A stretch of 64,000 nucleotides of DNA from Candidatus Shapirobacteria bacterium (GTDB lineage: Bacteria > Patescibacteriota > Microgenomatia > UBA12405). Where the stretch lies: assembly GCA_041665485.1 (NCBI GenBank), contig JBAYIT010000001.1, forward strand, positions 345,399 to 409,398, given 5' to 3'. Positions within the stretch are counted from its first letter, which is position 1; each line of letters begins with the position of its first letter. Shown here in pieces: positions 53,728 through 62,760 of this stretch. The notes under the pieces are model-generated. The model worked only from the letters and a program-made list of their open reading frames with translations, had not been told where the DNA came from and ran no database searches. Both the position numbers and the translations under genes were made by a program.

Positions 53728-55943
53728 TTATGCTTGCCCCAGCGTTCTTGGGAAGTGCGGATGAGCTTATCGTGGCCTTGGTTTTTACAGTCAAGTAGAG
53801 GCAGAGTGGTGGCGTAAAATGGTTCTTTGGTTTCGGAGTCGATCGATAATTTACAAATGATTTGATATTTGCCCAGTTTGACTAGGTCATCGGCGGGGAA
53901 CTTCTCGCCAAATTCTTTGCTTAAGATATAAGCGTCTTGATTGCCAACGACAAAGGACATAAGTGAGCCGACGTTGCCAAAAATAGCGTCTTGGATGGGG
54001 CGCTCAAGCTGATTCATATATTGGTTGGCAACAATGAGGTTGAGTTTAAATTTGCGGGCTTCAGAGAGTATTTTAATAAAGGCCTCGGTGGCAAAATTTT
54101 GGAATTCGTCAACGTAGAGATAGAAGTCTGATCGGTCGGCTTGTGTTTGAAATACCCGATTCATGGCCGAAAGTTGAATTTGGGTGATCAACATGGCGCC
54201 AAGAAGGGCAGAATTATCTTCGCCGAGTTTGCCATTGGACAGGTCGGCGATCAAGATTTTCTTTTGATCCATGATATCTTGAATGCGGACTTTAGATTTG
54301 GGGTGGGCAATAGTGTTGCGGATATTAGTGGAGGAAATAAATTGGCCGACTTTGTTCAAAATAGGAGCGATGGCTTCGTTTTGGAATTTGGCATCCATTT
54401 GATCAAATTCATTAATCCAGAAGTTTTTAAGAGTTTGATTGGCAAGGAGAGGAACGATTTTTTGGCGATAAGATTTGGAGGTGAGAATTTCAACGATATG
54501 AGTGAGATCGGAGCCGGGAACGTTGACGAGAGTTAAAACGGCGTTGCGCAAAATATGCTCGAGGCGTGGCCCCCAGGAGGTGGCGCCATAAAGTTTTTTG
54601 AAAATGGAAATAACGCCGGAGGCAACTAATTCTTTTTGGGAATCGTTTTCAGCCTCCAAAACATTTAAGGGGTAAACATAATCGGGATCGGCGGGGTTGA
54701 AATAACAACAATCGTTGATGCGGGAGGAGGGGATGTAATCAAGAATAGTTTGGCAAAGGTCGCCGTGGGGGTCGATGACGGCTACGCCCCGGCCTTTGCG
54801 AATATCGTCGATGGCCATGTTGGCGATGAGAGTGGTTTTACCGGTGCCGGATTTACCGACAATGTAGGTGTGGCGGCGGCGGTCTTCACCTTCTTTAATG
54901 CCAAAAATAGCTTCTTTATTGCGGAATTCGGTTTTGGCAAAAACAGTCACGTTTTGACGTTCTTCTTCGGAAAGGTCGGCAACGACGGGTAAGTTTTCGG
55001 GCGGATCAGCATACAGCTTTTTGCCCCAAGCAATGTTGGGGATCTTGGTTTTTTCTCCGGGAAAGTGCCAAAGGACTGACAATTCTTCAGTGTTTAAAAT
55101 TTGATGATTAAGAGAAGAAGTAAAAGCGCGGTTAAGAATCGATTTGAGTAATTTCTTTTTGGTGAAAAAACCGGGTTGATTAATTTTAATAAAATTGCCA
55201 CGAGGGTTGGTATAAATGCCAAAGGAAGAGGTAAAAGCAGATAGAAGGCCGGAATTATTGGTTAAAAAATTAATTTGGGTGAGGAGGCCGGGGAATTGGA
55301 TTTTGGTTTCGAAAACGGCCTTATCGGGGTGATTTTGGCGAAAATTGCGGGATGAGTCGACCATGATGCCATTTTGAATGATGGAGGTGATGGGGTATTG
55401 CCAATTGTTGGGGGCGGAAGTGATTAAAATTTGATAAAGAAAAAAATCGGTGGGGGAGAGGGAGCGGGAAAGGGGGGAGAGGAGGGAATTAAGGGGATCA
55501 GTGTCCTTAAAATCGTGAATGGATTTTATTGGATAATTGTCTGATTTTGATAAGGACAATTGACTAAAAAATAGCCCGTCATCGCGAGGCCGAAGGCCGT
55601 GGCGATCTCCTTGGGATTGCTTCGTCGCTTCGCTTCTCGCAATGACGTCGGAAGCAAGGTAATCATTAATTTCCAAAGTAATAGCGGTGGGGTACTGGGC
55701 TAGGATTTGGGAGCGAAAGAATTCGGCTGAATCGGCAGGCGTTGCCACCATAAAATAAAGCTGGCCTTGTTTGAGAACGATTTCTAAAGAAATGGCGGTG
55801 TGCTTTTTGCCAAAGATGCGGTCAAAAAACGAGCCTGTGCCGGCTTGAGAAAAATTAGAGAGGAGGGAGGACATGGATTCGAGAGTGAATTCGTTGGTTT
55901 GAGGAAGACGGATGTTGAAGAGTTTCCAGGGAGACATAACCAA
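53724..55943 (-). CDS. P-loop NTPase of the TraG/TraD/VirD4-like (DUF87/AAA-like) conjugation/secretion ATPase type
   Basis: Walker A IVGKSGTGKTTL and Walker B YLYVDEFQNF in a C-terminal domain of about 400 aa. No N-terminal TM helices. Carries a complete REP-like element in-frame (55577-55648, encoding SDVIARSEATKQSQGDRHGLRPRDD). Confidence 0.5.
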   Translation of the reverse strand: MVMSPWKLFNIRLPQTNEFTLESMSSLLSNFSQAGTGSFFDRIFGKKHTAISLEIVLKQGQLYFMVATPADSAEFFRSQILAQYPTAITLEINDYLASDVIARSEATKQSQGDRHGLRPRDDGLFFSQLSLSKSDNYPIKSIHDFKDTDPLNSLLSPLSRSLSPTDFFLYQILITSAPNNWQYPITSIIQNGIMVDSSRNFRQNHPDKAVFETKIQFPGLLTQINFLTNNSGLLSAFTSSFGIYTNPRGNFIKINQPGFFTKKKLLKSILNRAFTSSLNHQILNTEELSVLWHFPGEKTKIPNIAWGKKLYADPPENLPVVADLSEEERQNVTVFAKTEFRNKEAIFGIKEGEDRRRHTYIVGKSGTGKTTLIANMAIDDIRKGRGVAVIDPHGDLCQTILDYIPSSRINDCCYFNPADPDYVYPLNVLEAENDSQKELVASGVISIFKKLYGATSWGPRLEHILRNAVLTLVNVPGSDLTHIVEILTSKSYRQKIVPLLANQTLKNFWINEFDQMDAKFQNEAIAPILNKVGQFISSTNIRNTIAHPKSKVRIQDIMDQKKILIADLSNGKLGEDNSALLGAMLITQIQLSAMNRVFQTQADRSDFYLYVDEFQNFATEAFIKILSEARKFKLNLIVANQYMNQLERPIQDAIFGNVGSLMSFVVGNQDAYILSKEFGEKFPADDLVKLGKYQIICKLSIDSETKEPFYATTLPLLDCKNQGHDKLIRTSQERWGKHK
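55577..55648. repeat. REP/MITE-like palindromic element, copy 3 (inside ATPase coding sequence, in-frame)
   Basis: cgtcatcgcgaggccgaaggccgtggcgatctccttgggattgcttcgtcgcttcgcttctcgcaatgacg. Confidence 0.8.
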
Positions 55944-56004
55944 TTATAGAACAGTTATCAGTTAAGAGTTACGAGTTACGAGTTGATTTTTAATTTAAAG
56001 ACAT

Positions 56005-56081
56005 ACGTCATCGCGAGGCCGAAGGCCGTGGCGATCTCGTTCGGGATTGCTTCTCCGCTAGCTGGCGGATCGCAATGACGT
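56005..56081. repeat. REP/MITE-like palindromic element, copy 4 (intergenic)
   Basis: acgtcatcgcgaggccgaaggccgtggcgatctcgttcgggattgcttctccgctagctggcggatcgcaatgacgt. Preceded by an agttacg array (55953-55986). Confidence 0.8.
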
Positions 56082-56210
56082 TAAATTTGTTTTTGTCTTA
56101 TGGGATAAAAGAAACTACATACGTAGTAGGTAGAAAAAAGACCACTTGCTACTTGAAAATGATTTTATAAGAGTGTATCTTATAGGGCAATTTACTAGTT
56201 ATTATCTTTT

Positions 56211-56441
56211 ATGCCTAGTGGGCGGGTAATGAATAATCAAGTAGTAGCTGCGATTGCAATCGACGAGTTGAGGTGTTTGGAAGTTGTTGATGGGGGTGAT
56301 GGTTCTAACGTTCCAGGTTTTCAGGTAATGGAGAGGTTCACGAGGACATTAAAAACGGATGAGAGTCCTCATGCAAACAGGAGGTTGGATGCCCCAGATG
56401 ATAGAGGTTACACCCCTTCTCACGATATTAGAAGAAGTTAA
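56211..56441 (+). CDS. hypothetical protein (weak)
   Basis: 76-aa ORF. No features. Confidence 0.25.
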   Translation: MPSGRVMNNQVVAAIAIDELRCLEVVDGGDGSNVPGFQVMERFTRTLKTDESPHANRRLDAPDDRGYTPSHDIRRS

Positions 56442-56552
56442 TTTAACCAGACAGGATCCGAAGAAAAAACACTGGTAATCAGTAATTGGTAATCAGTAAC
56501 TGGTAACTAGAAACAAGAAAAAAGTTAAAAATTTAATTTAATCCGCCAGTGG

Positions 56553-56801
56553 GTGGACAAGAAAAAAATGGCGCCGAGAAAGGGTAGGGGCGAAAGAGAA
56601 GGACAGATGGCTTTTGGTTATACTGTTCCGAGCTTGGCTCCAAAACAACCGGAAGGCTTGCCTGGTAAACCTCCAAAACCAGCAATTGGAGGGTTGCCAC
56701 TTATTAGAGAGAATGTTGGGCATTATGAGTTTGGAGATACTGGGGGTGGAGAGCCAGAGTATGTTTGGGTGAGAGGAGGGGAGAATGAATGGACTGATTG
56801 A
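56553..56801 (+). CDS. hypothetical Gly/Pro-rich protein
   Basis: 82-aa ORF. Overlaps the next ORF by 17 nt. Confidence 0.3.
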   Translation: MDKKKMAPRKGRGEREGQMAFGYTVPSLAPKQPEGLPGKPPKPAIGGLPLIRENVGHYEFGDTGGGEPEYVWVRGGENEWTD

Positions 56802-57543
56802 GGGAAGGGATGGAGGGAGTTGTGGAGGATATACTGATCAGTTGATTGGTGGGGCGAGGATAAATGGATTGAGACTTGGTGATTCTTTGTCCGTGTTGGG
56901 GGATGGAGGTGGTTTAGCCAGAATTAGGGGAGATTTAATGTTTGACATATTGGCGGGTCATAGAGGATTTGGAAAAACGGAAGAGATAAAAAGAAATGTC
57001 ACTGAAGGCGAGGCGAAATGGCTGGCGGTGCTGGCGGAGACGTTGGATTTGGTGATGGGAAGAGTTTCTGGAGAGACGATTTTTTTGGCAAGTCAGAGAA
57101 CAGTGGGGGGAGATAAAGAAATTGGTTTGGAAGTTGGCTGGGTTGGTGGATCTTTAAATTTATTGCTTATGCGTAGTGGAAGATCGGTTGGTGGGGTAGT
57201 AGCTAAGGTCGACAGCGAAAACTCGGTGAGTTTTGGAACTACTAATGGCAGTGGAATGATGGTGGATTGGGATCTGAGAGTTTGGGAGGTGGTTAAGCAG
57301 TTATTACCGGAAGCGACGGGGAATGATGCGCAAGCGATAGTGCGAAGGGGTGCAAGATCGGAAAGTTATGTTTGGAGCGATTTGAGAGATAAAATGATTA
57401 GGTGGCAGGATTTTGATGGTTATCCATGGAGTGATGTGTTTGGTGTTATGCGATATGGGAACGAATTTGTCGGCAGTCGTTTTGGTGTTGGTTGTGGTGT
57501 TAAAAAAACTAAAATATCTGATTTGAGTTTGAGGGTTAATTGA
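56785..57543 (+). CDS. hypothetical Gly/Val/Arg-rich protein
   Basis: 252-aa ORF. No family recognised. Confidence 0.4.
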   Translation: MNGLIEGRDGGSCGGYTDQLIGGARINGLRLGDSLSVLGDGGGLARIRGDLMFDILAGHRGFGKTEEIKRNVTEGEAKWLAVLAETLDLVMGRVSGETIFLASQRTVGGDKEIGLEVGWVGGSLNLLLMRSGRSVGGVVAKVDSENSVSFGTTNGSGMMVDWDLRVWEVVKQLLPEATGNDAQAIVRRGARSESYVWSDLRDKMIRWQDFDGYPWSDVFGVMRYGNEFVGSRFGVGCGVKKTKISDLSLRVN

Positions 57544-57588
57544 CATTATGATGAAAATTGATGCAGTTTGTGATATATTTGCCTAAAT

Positions 57589-58776
57589 ATGGCAGGGGTG
57601 AATCCGATTGAAGCGAGAAATGGAGATGAAGTGGTTCCGTTTGGGTTGGCGCAGATTGACAGGTTGGTGACAAGATTAGTGGGTACAGAAAATTGTAGAG
57701 GTGGAGGTGTTGTTTTGAGTGGAGTAGCAAATGAATGTGGTGAAGTGGCTATGATGAGGGCGTGGCGTGGTAGTTTGGAGGCAGGGGCCGGGTTAATTCA
57801 GGTAATGACTAGAGCTGGTACTGTTTATTGTGTTGAGGCAGAACGGGACGGGAGACATCGGGTGTCGGTTAACGGGATGGTTGAGTCAGACGAGAATAAG
57901 GCCTGGCTGGGAAAGCAACTATCTGTTTTTTTTGGGAGGGCTGATTTGGAGGTAATGAAAATTGATGAAAGTGGACAAGAGGTGAAATCTGGGGGCAGGT
58001 TTGAATGGAGGCCGGTAGTGGTCGCTGAAATGCCGGTGGTGAGAAACCACCCCACAACTTCAGAAAGATCTTTACCTATGGTAGATGGGAGAACAGGTGA
58101 GCGGGCTGATGTTGAATATGTGGCTTTAGTAAGAGATACCTTGGCGGCATGGAACACTCAAATTAAAGGGGTGATTGGGCATGCGGTTTTTGGGGATGAT
58201 GGCGAAAAAGGGGTGATAAGGTGCTATTGGAAAGAAGAAGGGCGTCTTGGGGTGGAAGTGATGGGTGGTGATGGAACTATACATATTTGCACTTTAGTAG
58301 TTGATGGTAATACGGTTAGGGGAGTTGATGTTGAAGGTGAGGATGTAAAAAGTGTAGAATTGTCGCTTATTGTTGGAAAATTACGTCAGGTGGTTGATAC
58401 AGGTACTTTGTGTCATTATGCTGGCAATGTGGCAACCGAGACTATTGCGGTGAGTTTTGGTGGTAAAGTTGCCAACTCAGATGTAGTACTGGTGAGAGCA
58501 GTGGAAAGTCGGTTAGGTGCTAGTGGGGGCGGGAATATGTCTGGACGTATTACTCTGGAGGATGGTTCTGTGGTTGAGGCGAAGTTGGTTGCAATGATGG
58601 GTGGTGTTGGTATGGAATTAAAGTTTGGAGGGGACGTGTATTGTGTTTATGTAAGGGACGGAATACTCAGTGTCCAAAATGAGTACGAGCGTAGTTTGGC
58701 GGGGGGGAGAGAAGGTGAGGAATTGCGTGTAAGAGTGCTAAATTGGGTTCGAGAAATAGTAAATAGACAGAGTTAA
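57589..58776 (+). CDS. hypothetical Gly/Val-rich protein
   Basis: 395-aa ORF. No family recognised. Confidence 0.45.
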   Translation: MAGVNPIEARNGDEVVPFGLAQIDRLVTRLVGTENCRGGGVVLSGVANECGEVAMMRAWRGSLEAGAGLIQVMTRAGTVYCVEAERDGRHRVSVNGMVESDENKAWLGKQLSVFFGRADLEVMKIDESGQEVKSGGRFEWRPVVVAEMPVVRNHPTTSERSLPMVDGRTGERADVEYVALVRDTLAAWNTQIKGVIGHAVFGDDGEKGVIRCYWKEEGRLGVEVMGGDGTIHICTLVVDGNTVRGVDVEGEDVKSVELSLIVGKLRQVVDTGTLCHYAGNVATETIAVSFGGKVANSDVVLVRAVESRLGASGGGNMSGRITLEDGSVVEAKLVAMMGGVGMELKFGGDVYCVYVRDGILSVQNEYERSLAGGREGEELRVRVLNWVREIVNRQS

Positions 58777-58815
58777 TTTGACATTATAGGATGGCGGGGG
58801 TAGAATACTGGGCAA

Positions 58816-59037
58816 ATGATAGGAGCTATCGCTTCTCATTCTCATGAAGCTTGGTTTTATGGTACACATGATCCGAACTTGTCTTGGAGACGGCGTCTGC
58901 AGGAGGCAAAAAAAGAACCTTTTGATTTGGTAAGGTGTTTTAGAGAAAATTTAGAATGCAGATTTGGGGTGATTGGTGTTGGAGTTGGTTTTGGGTCGTT
59001 GTTGTGTGCTTGTGTTCTTCGTGGAGTACCGCAATAA
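58816..59037 (+). CDS. hypothetical small protein (weak)
   Basis: 73-aa ORF with hydrophobic Cys-containing C-terminus. Confidence 0.25.
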   Translation: MIGAIASHSHEAWFYGTHDPNLSWRRRLQEAKKEPFDLVRCFRENLECRFGVIGVGVGFGSLLCACVLRGVPQ

Positions 59038-59135
59038 AAAATCTGTTATAATTCCCTGTTAAAAAGTTTTAGCTGGGCTTTAGTAATTATCCTGGGATTT
59101 TCCCTGAAGTCTGGCTTAATAAAAAGGATAGTCAA

Positions 59136-60047
59136 ATGGCAAAAAAAATTGTTAAGACAAAAACGGTTAATCGAACCGGTAAAAAAATCGTTAAGAAAGC
59201 GTTGGTAATTAAAGAAAAAAAAGAAAAGGTGTTGACGGCGGAGAAGATTAAGTCTTTGAACGAGAAAACTTTAGGAACAAGGAAAGAGGTACAAGGTACA
59301 AGGAAAGAGGAATTGGAAATTAAGGCAAAAGATGAGAAGAAGATACTTGAGGACAAAAAATATAATTTGACGGTGGGGCTGAAGGATTTATTGGCGGCAG
59401 GATGCCACCTGGGGCATAAAGTCAGTAAAACTAACCCCAAAGCCAAGGGAAATCTTTACAAAGCAATTGACGGAATTCAGGTGTTTGATTTGGTTAAAAC
59501 GATGGCCGGGCTAGAGGCGGCCTGCAATTTTGTCTACAACTCCAAGAGGAACGGTAAACAGATTGTGTTGGTGGGAACTAAGAGACAAGCTAAAGAAGTG
59601 GTTAAGAGAGTGGCGCTGGACGCCGGAGTGGCCTACATTACCAACCGATGGCTGGGAGGAACGATAACTAATTGGGACCAGATTAGAAAAACGATCAAGC
59701 GTTATTGGGATTGGAAAGAAGGCTTGGAGCAAAATAAATTCACCAATAAAACCAAAAGAGAGCTTTTGGAAATGAGTAAAGAATTAGTTCGGATTGAGAA
59801 AAATATCGGTGGATTGGCTAAGTTGGATAAACTATTTGATGTGATGTTTGTGGTTGATGCCGGTGGAGAAAAGACGGCGGTAAAAGAAGCAAGTTTGACT
59901 AAAGTGAAGATAGTGGGAATGGTGGACACTGACACTGATCCGGCTAAAGTTGACTTTCCGATTCCGGCCAATGATGACAATGTTAAATCAGTGACTTTAA
60001 TAGTTGAGGAAATTGGGAAGGCTATTAAGGCGGCAGGGGTCAAATAG
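59136..60047 (+). CDS. rpsB: 30S ribosomal protein S2 with about 90-aa Lys-rich N-terminal extension
   Basis: Core LLAAGCHLGHKVSKTNPKAKGNLY, QIVLVGTKRQAKEVVKRVALDAGVAYITNRWLGGTITNW and FVVDAGGEKTAVKEA match S2. The extension contains a direct duplication (LGTRKEVQGTRKEE). Confidence 0.85.
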   Translation: MAKKIVKTKTVNRTGKKIVKKALVIKEKKEKVLTAEKIKSLNEKTLGTRKEVQGTRKEELEIKAKDEKKILEDKKYNLTVGLKDLLAAGCHLGHKVSKTNPKAKGNLYKAIDGIQVFDLVKTMAGLEAACNFVYNSKRNGKQIVLVGTKRQAKEVVKRVALDAGVAYITNRWLGGTITNWDQIRKTIKRYWDWKEGLEQNKFTNKTKRELLEMSKELVRIEKNIGGLAKLDKLFDVMFVVDAGGEKTAVKEASLTKVKIVGMVDTDTDPAKVDFPIPANDDNVKSVTLIVEEIGKAIKAAGVK

Positions 60048-60102
60048 ATCTTAGATTTTAGATCTTAGTTCTTAGAAATAATATATTAATTTTAATTAAA
60101 AC

Positions 60103-60552
60103 ATGGAACAAAAAAAATTGATTGAAATTGTTAAAAAGTTGAGGGATGAGACGGGGGCGGGGGTGATGGAGGTAAAGACGGCAGTTGAAGAAGCCGGAGG
60201 CGACGAGAAGAAAGCGAGAGAGGTGTTGAAGAGAAAAGGAAAAGAGAAGGCGGAGAAAAAAGCCGAGAGGGAAACCAGACAGGGATTAGTGGCAACTTAT
60301 ACCCATTCTACGGGAAAAATAGGGGTGATGGTGGAGCTTCTATGTGAAACCGATTTTGTGGCTAAAAACGAAGAGTTTACTAAAATAGCCAGAGATTTTT
60401 GCTTGCAGGTGGCAGCGATGGGAACAGAAAAACTTTTGGAGCAAGAGTTTATAAAAGATCCTTCAAAAAAGATGGATGATTTGATTAAAGAGCTGGTGTT
60501 GAAATTTGGAGAAAATATTAAATTAGGTAGAGTTGAACGATACGAAATATAA
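60103..60552 (+). CDS. tsf: elongation factor Ts (short form)
   Basis: N-terminal UBA-like IEIVKKLRDETGAGVMEVKTAVEEAGGDEKKAREVLKRKG, followed by TYTHSTGKIGVMVELLCETDFVAKNEEF. Confidence 0.85.
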   Translation: MEQKKLIEIVKKLRDETGAGVMEVKTAVEEAGGDEKKAREVLKRKGKEKAEKKAERETRQGLVATYTHSTGKIGVMVELLCETDFVAKNEEFTKIARDFCLQVAAMGTEKLLEQEFIKDPSKKMDDLIKELVLKFGENIKLGRVERYEI

Positions 60553-60560
60553 TTTCTGGC

Positions 60561-60642
60561 TCGATAACTAATTTTTGCAGTGCTCACGCGTTGCGCCCTT
60601 CGGGCTTACATGATTGCGCGCTGAAAAATTGTTATCTCGCCT
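60561..60642. repeat. 85-bp palindromic element, copy C
   Basis: cgataactaatttttgcagtgctcacgcg...cccttcgggc...gcgcgctgaaaaattgttatctcg. Outer stem differs from copy A by paired, complementary substitutions. Confidence 0.6.
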
Positions 60643-60665
60643 TAAAATTATTGCTATACTAACTT

Positions 60666-61217
60666 ATGATAAATACAACCGATGTCAGACAGAAAATGGA
60701 TAGGGTGGGGCAATTGTTTTCCGAGGATATTGGCTCAATACGGACAGGGAGAGCGACGCCGGCGCTGATTGAAAACGTGGCAGTGGCGGTGTATGGAGGG
60801 CAGAAAATGAAGTTGATTGAGCTGGGGAGTATAGGTGTTCCTGATGTGCGGAGTTTGACGTTCCAGCCATGGGATGCGTCGACAGTACGAGAGATTGCTA
60901 ATCAGATTCAGGCGGCTAATGTGGGGTTGACACCAGTAGTAGACGGAGTGTTGATTCGGATAAACTTACCGATGTTGACGGTAGAACAGAGGGAAGATTA
61001 TGTAAAGTTATTGGGAAGAAAACTGGAAGGGGTGAGGGTGATGATTCGAGACATACGGGCTGATTTTAGAAAAAAGCTAATTGATGCCAAACAAGAGAAA
61101 ACGATTGGCGAGGATGAATATAAACGGGATGAGACGGAATTACAAAAAGTGACCGATGAATACGTGGCCAAGTTGGAAAAGATAGCTCAAGAAAAAGAGA
61201 AAGAGATTAGGGGATAG
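60666..61217 (+). CDS. frr: ribosome recycling factor
   Basis: IRTGRATPALIENVAVAVYG, LTFQPWDAS and VMIRDIRADFRKKL are canonical RRF blocks. Confidence 0.9.
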   Translation: MINTTDVRQKMDRVGQLFSEDIGSIRTGRATPALIENVAVAVYGGQKMKLIELGSIGVPDVRSLTFQPWDASTVREIANQIQAANVGLTPVVDGVLIRINLPMLTVEQREDYVKLLGRKLEGVRVMIRDIRADFRKKLIDAKQEKTIGEDEYKRDETELQKVTDEYVAKLEKIAQEKEKEIRG

Positions 61218-61258
61218 CATTGGTAATTGGTAATTGGTAATCTGTAATCTGTGATAGG
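61218..61258. repeat. ggtaat/tctgtaa heptamer array (left flank of four-helix-bundle gene)
   Basis: attggtaattggtaattggtaatctgtaatctgtgatagg. Inverted counterpart at 61624-61662 (gattaccaattaccaattactgattactgattactaatc). Confidence 0.8.
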
Positions 61259-61625
61259 AAATAAATTGGTTGATTTTTATGATCTAGAAGCATGGAAGGA
61301 AGGACATAAGTTGGCTCTGTTGGTGTATGGAATGGTTAGTAAATTACCATCAGACGAAAAATATGGTTTGTCAGATCAACTAAGAAGAGCTTCAGCTTCG
61401 GTAACGGCAAATATTGCCGAGGGTTTTGGTAGGTTTCATTTTAATGACAAAATACACTTTTTCTATTTATCGAGAGGTTCGGTGAAAGAAGTTCAGAGTT
61501 TTTTATTGCTAGGGAGAGATTTGAAGTATTTGAGTGTAGTAGATGTTAATATTGTTTGGACCCAATCAAAGTCGGCTGAAAAATTAATTAACGGACTAAT
61601 AAGGTCAACAGAAAAACAAAAATGA
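61251..61625 (+). CDS. four-helix-bundle protein (TIGR02436, 23S rRNA IVS protein / Avd-like)
   Basis: GTG start. YDLEAWKEGHKLALLVY...LSDQLRRASASVTANIAEGFGRF...FLLL matches the family signature. Confidence 0.8.
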   Translation: MIGNKLVDFYDLEAWKEGHKLALLVYGMVSKLPSDEKYGLSDQLRRASASVTANIAEGFGRFHFNDKIHFFYLSRGSVKEVQSFLLLGRDLKYLSVVDVNIVWTQSKSAEKLINGLIRSTEKQK

Positions 61626-61662
61626 TTACCAATTACCAATTACTGATTACTGATTACTAATC
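61624..61662. repeat. inverted heptamer array (right flank of four-helix-bundle gene)
   Basis: Reverse complement pairs with 61218-61258 over gattaccaattaccaatta. Confidence 0.8.
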
Positions 61663-62715
61663 ATGGATATAATAATTTTCGTAATTGCGCTGTCAATTTT
61701 AGTTTTGGTGCATGAATTTGGCCATTATTTGGCGGCGATTAAGACTGGGGTATTGGTGGAAGAGTTTGGGCTGGGGTTGCCACCAAGGATTTTTGGCAAA
61801 AAGATAGGTAAAACTATTTTTAGTTTGAATTGGTTGCCGATTGGTGGTTTTTGCCGGCTTTACGGCGAGGACGGCGACAAAAAAGAAAAAAATGCTTTTA
61901 ATAACAAAAATCCATGGCAAAAGGGACTGATAGTTTTGGGAGGAGTATTGATGAATTTGGTTATGGCAGTGGTAATTTTTTCGGTGGTTTACTCGATTTT
62001 GGGAGTGCCCAAGGAAACGGATGTGGTGAAGATTATTGGGGTGACTAAAAATAGTCCGGCGGAGACGGCTGGCTTGAAAGAAGGCGATGTAATTTTGGCG
62101 GTGGAGCAGAAGCCGATAACTAAATCGGCAGAATTGATTGAAGAAGTGGGGAAATATAAAAATAAGTTTGTCAAGTTGAAAGTTGAAAGTTTCAAGTCGA
62201 AAGTGATTGGGGAGGTGGAGGTGGAGGTAAGGGAGAATCCGCCGGCGGGGGAGGGGGCGATGGGAGTGGCAGTGTCAAACACAGAAATGGTGAAATTACC
62301 TTGGTACCGATTTTACGAGGGGATTGGAGCGGGATTTAAGGAAGCTTATTATTGGGGCCGAGTGATATTCGGCGGAGTGACAAAAATGATTGGCGGATTG
62401 CTTTTGGGCCAAGTGCCAAAGGATGTGGCCGGGCCAATTGGCATGTTTCAGGCAACAAGTAGTATTAAGCAGAGCCAGGGAATGCTGGCAGTAATTCATT
62501 TTTTCGGAATAGTGTCGGTTAACTTGGCGATTGTGAATATTTTACCGTTTCCGGCGCTGGACGGAGGCAGAATTATTTTTGTGCTTTATGAACTTATAGC
62601 CAAGAAGCGAGTAAACCAGAGGTTTGAGGTGTTGGTTAATAATGTTGGGATGATGGTGTTGCTGGGATTGTTGTTGCTGATAACAGTAGGGGACATTGGG
62701 AGAGTGCTTAAATAG
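61663..62715 (+). CDS. rseP: RIP metalloprotease RseP (site-2 protease, M50, with PDZ)
   Basis: HEFGHYLAA in TM1, PDZ-like middle region (GLKEGDVILAV), and C-terminal LDGGRII/NIL motif. In-frame agttgaa repeat insert KFVKLKVESFKSKV (62161-62210). Confidence 0.85.
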   Translation: MDIIIFVIALSILVLVHEFGHYLAAIKTGVLVEEFGLGLPPRIFGKKIGKTIFSLNWLPIGGFCRLYGEDGDKKEKNAFNNKNPWQKGLIVLGGVLMNLVMAVVIFSVVYSILGVPKETDVVKIIGVTKNSPAETAGLKEGDVILAVEQKPITKSAELIEEVGKYKNKFVKLKVESFKSKVIGEVEVEVRENPPAGEGAMGVAVSNTEMVKLPWYRFYEGIGAGFKEAYYWGRVIFGGVTKMIGGLLLGQVPKDVAGPIGMFQATSSIKQSQGMLAVIHFFGIVSVNLAIVNILPFPALDGGRIIFVLYELIAKKRVNQRFEVLVNNVGMMVLLGLLLLITVGDIGRVLK

Positions 62716-62734
62716 TCCAAAAAGTAAAACAAGA

Positions 62735-62752
62735 ACGTCATCGCAATGACGT
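62735..62752. repeat. minimal REP-like palindrome (acgtcatcgcaatgacgt), fused terminal repeats without internal region
   Basis: 7-bp stem and 4-nt loop identical to the termini of the long copies. Lies between rseP and the convergent GH gene. Confidence 0.6.
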
Positions 62753-62760
62753 GGGCTGGG

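Noticed and set aside
61251-61625. Diversity-generating retroelement around the Avd-like gene
   Set aside because: No reverse transcriptase ORF (no YxDD motif) and no template/variable repeat pair within the window. Only the accessory-protein homolog is present.
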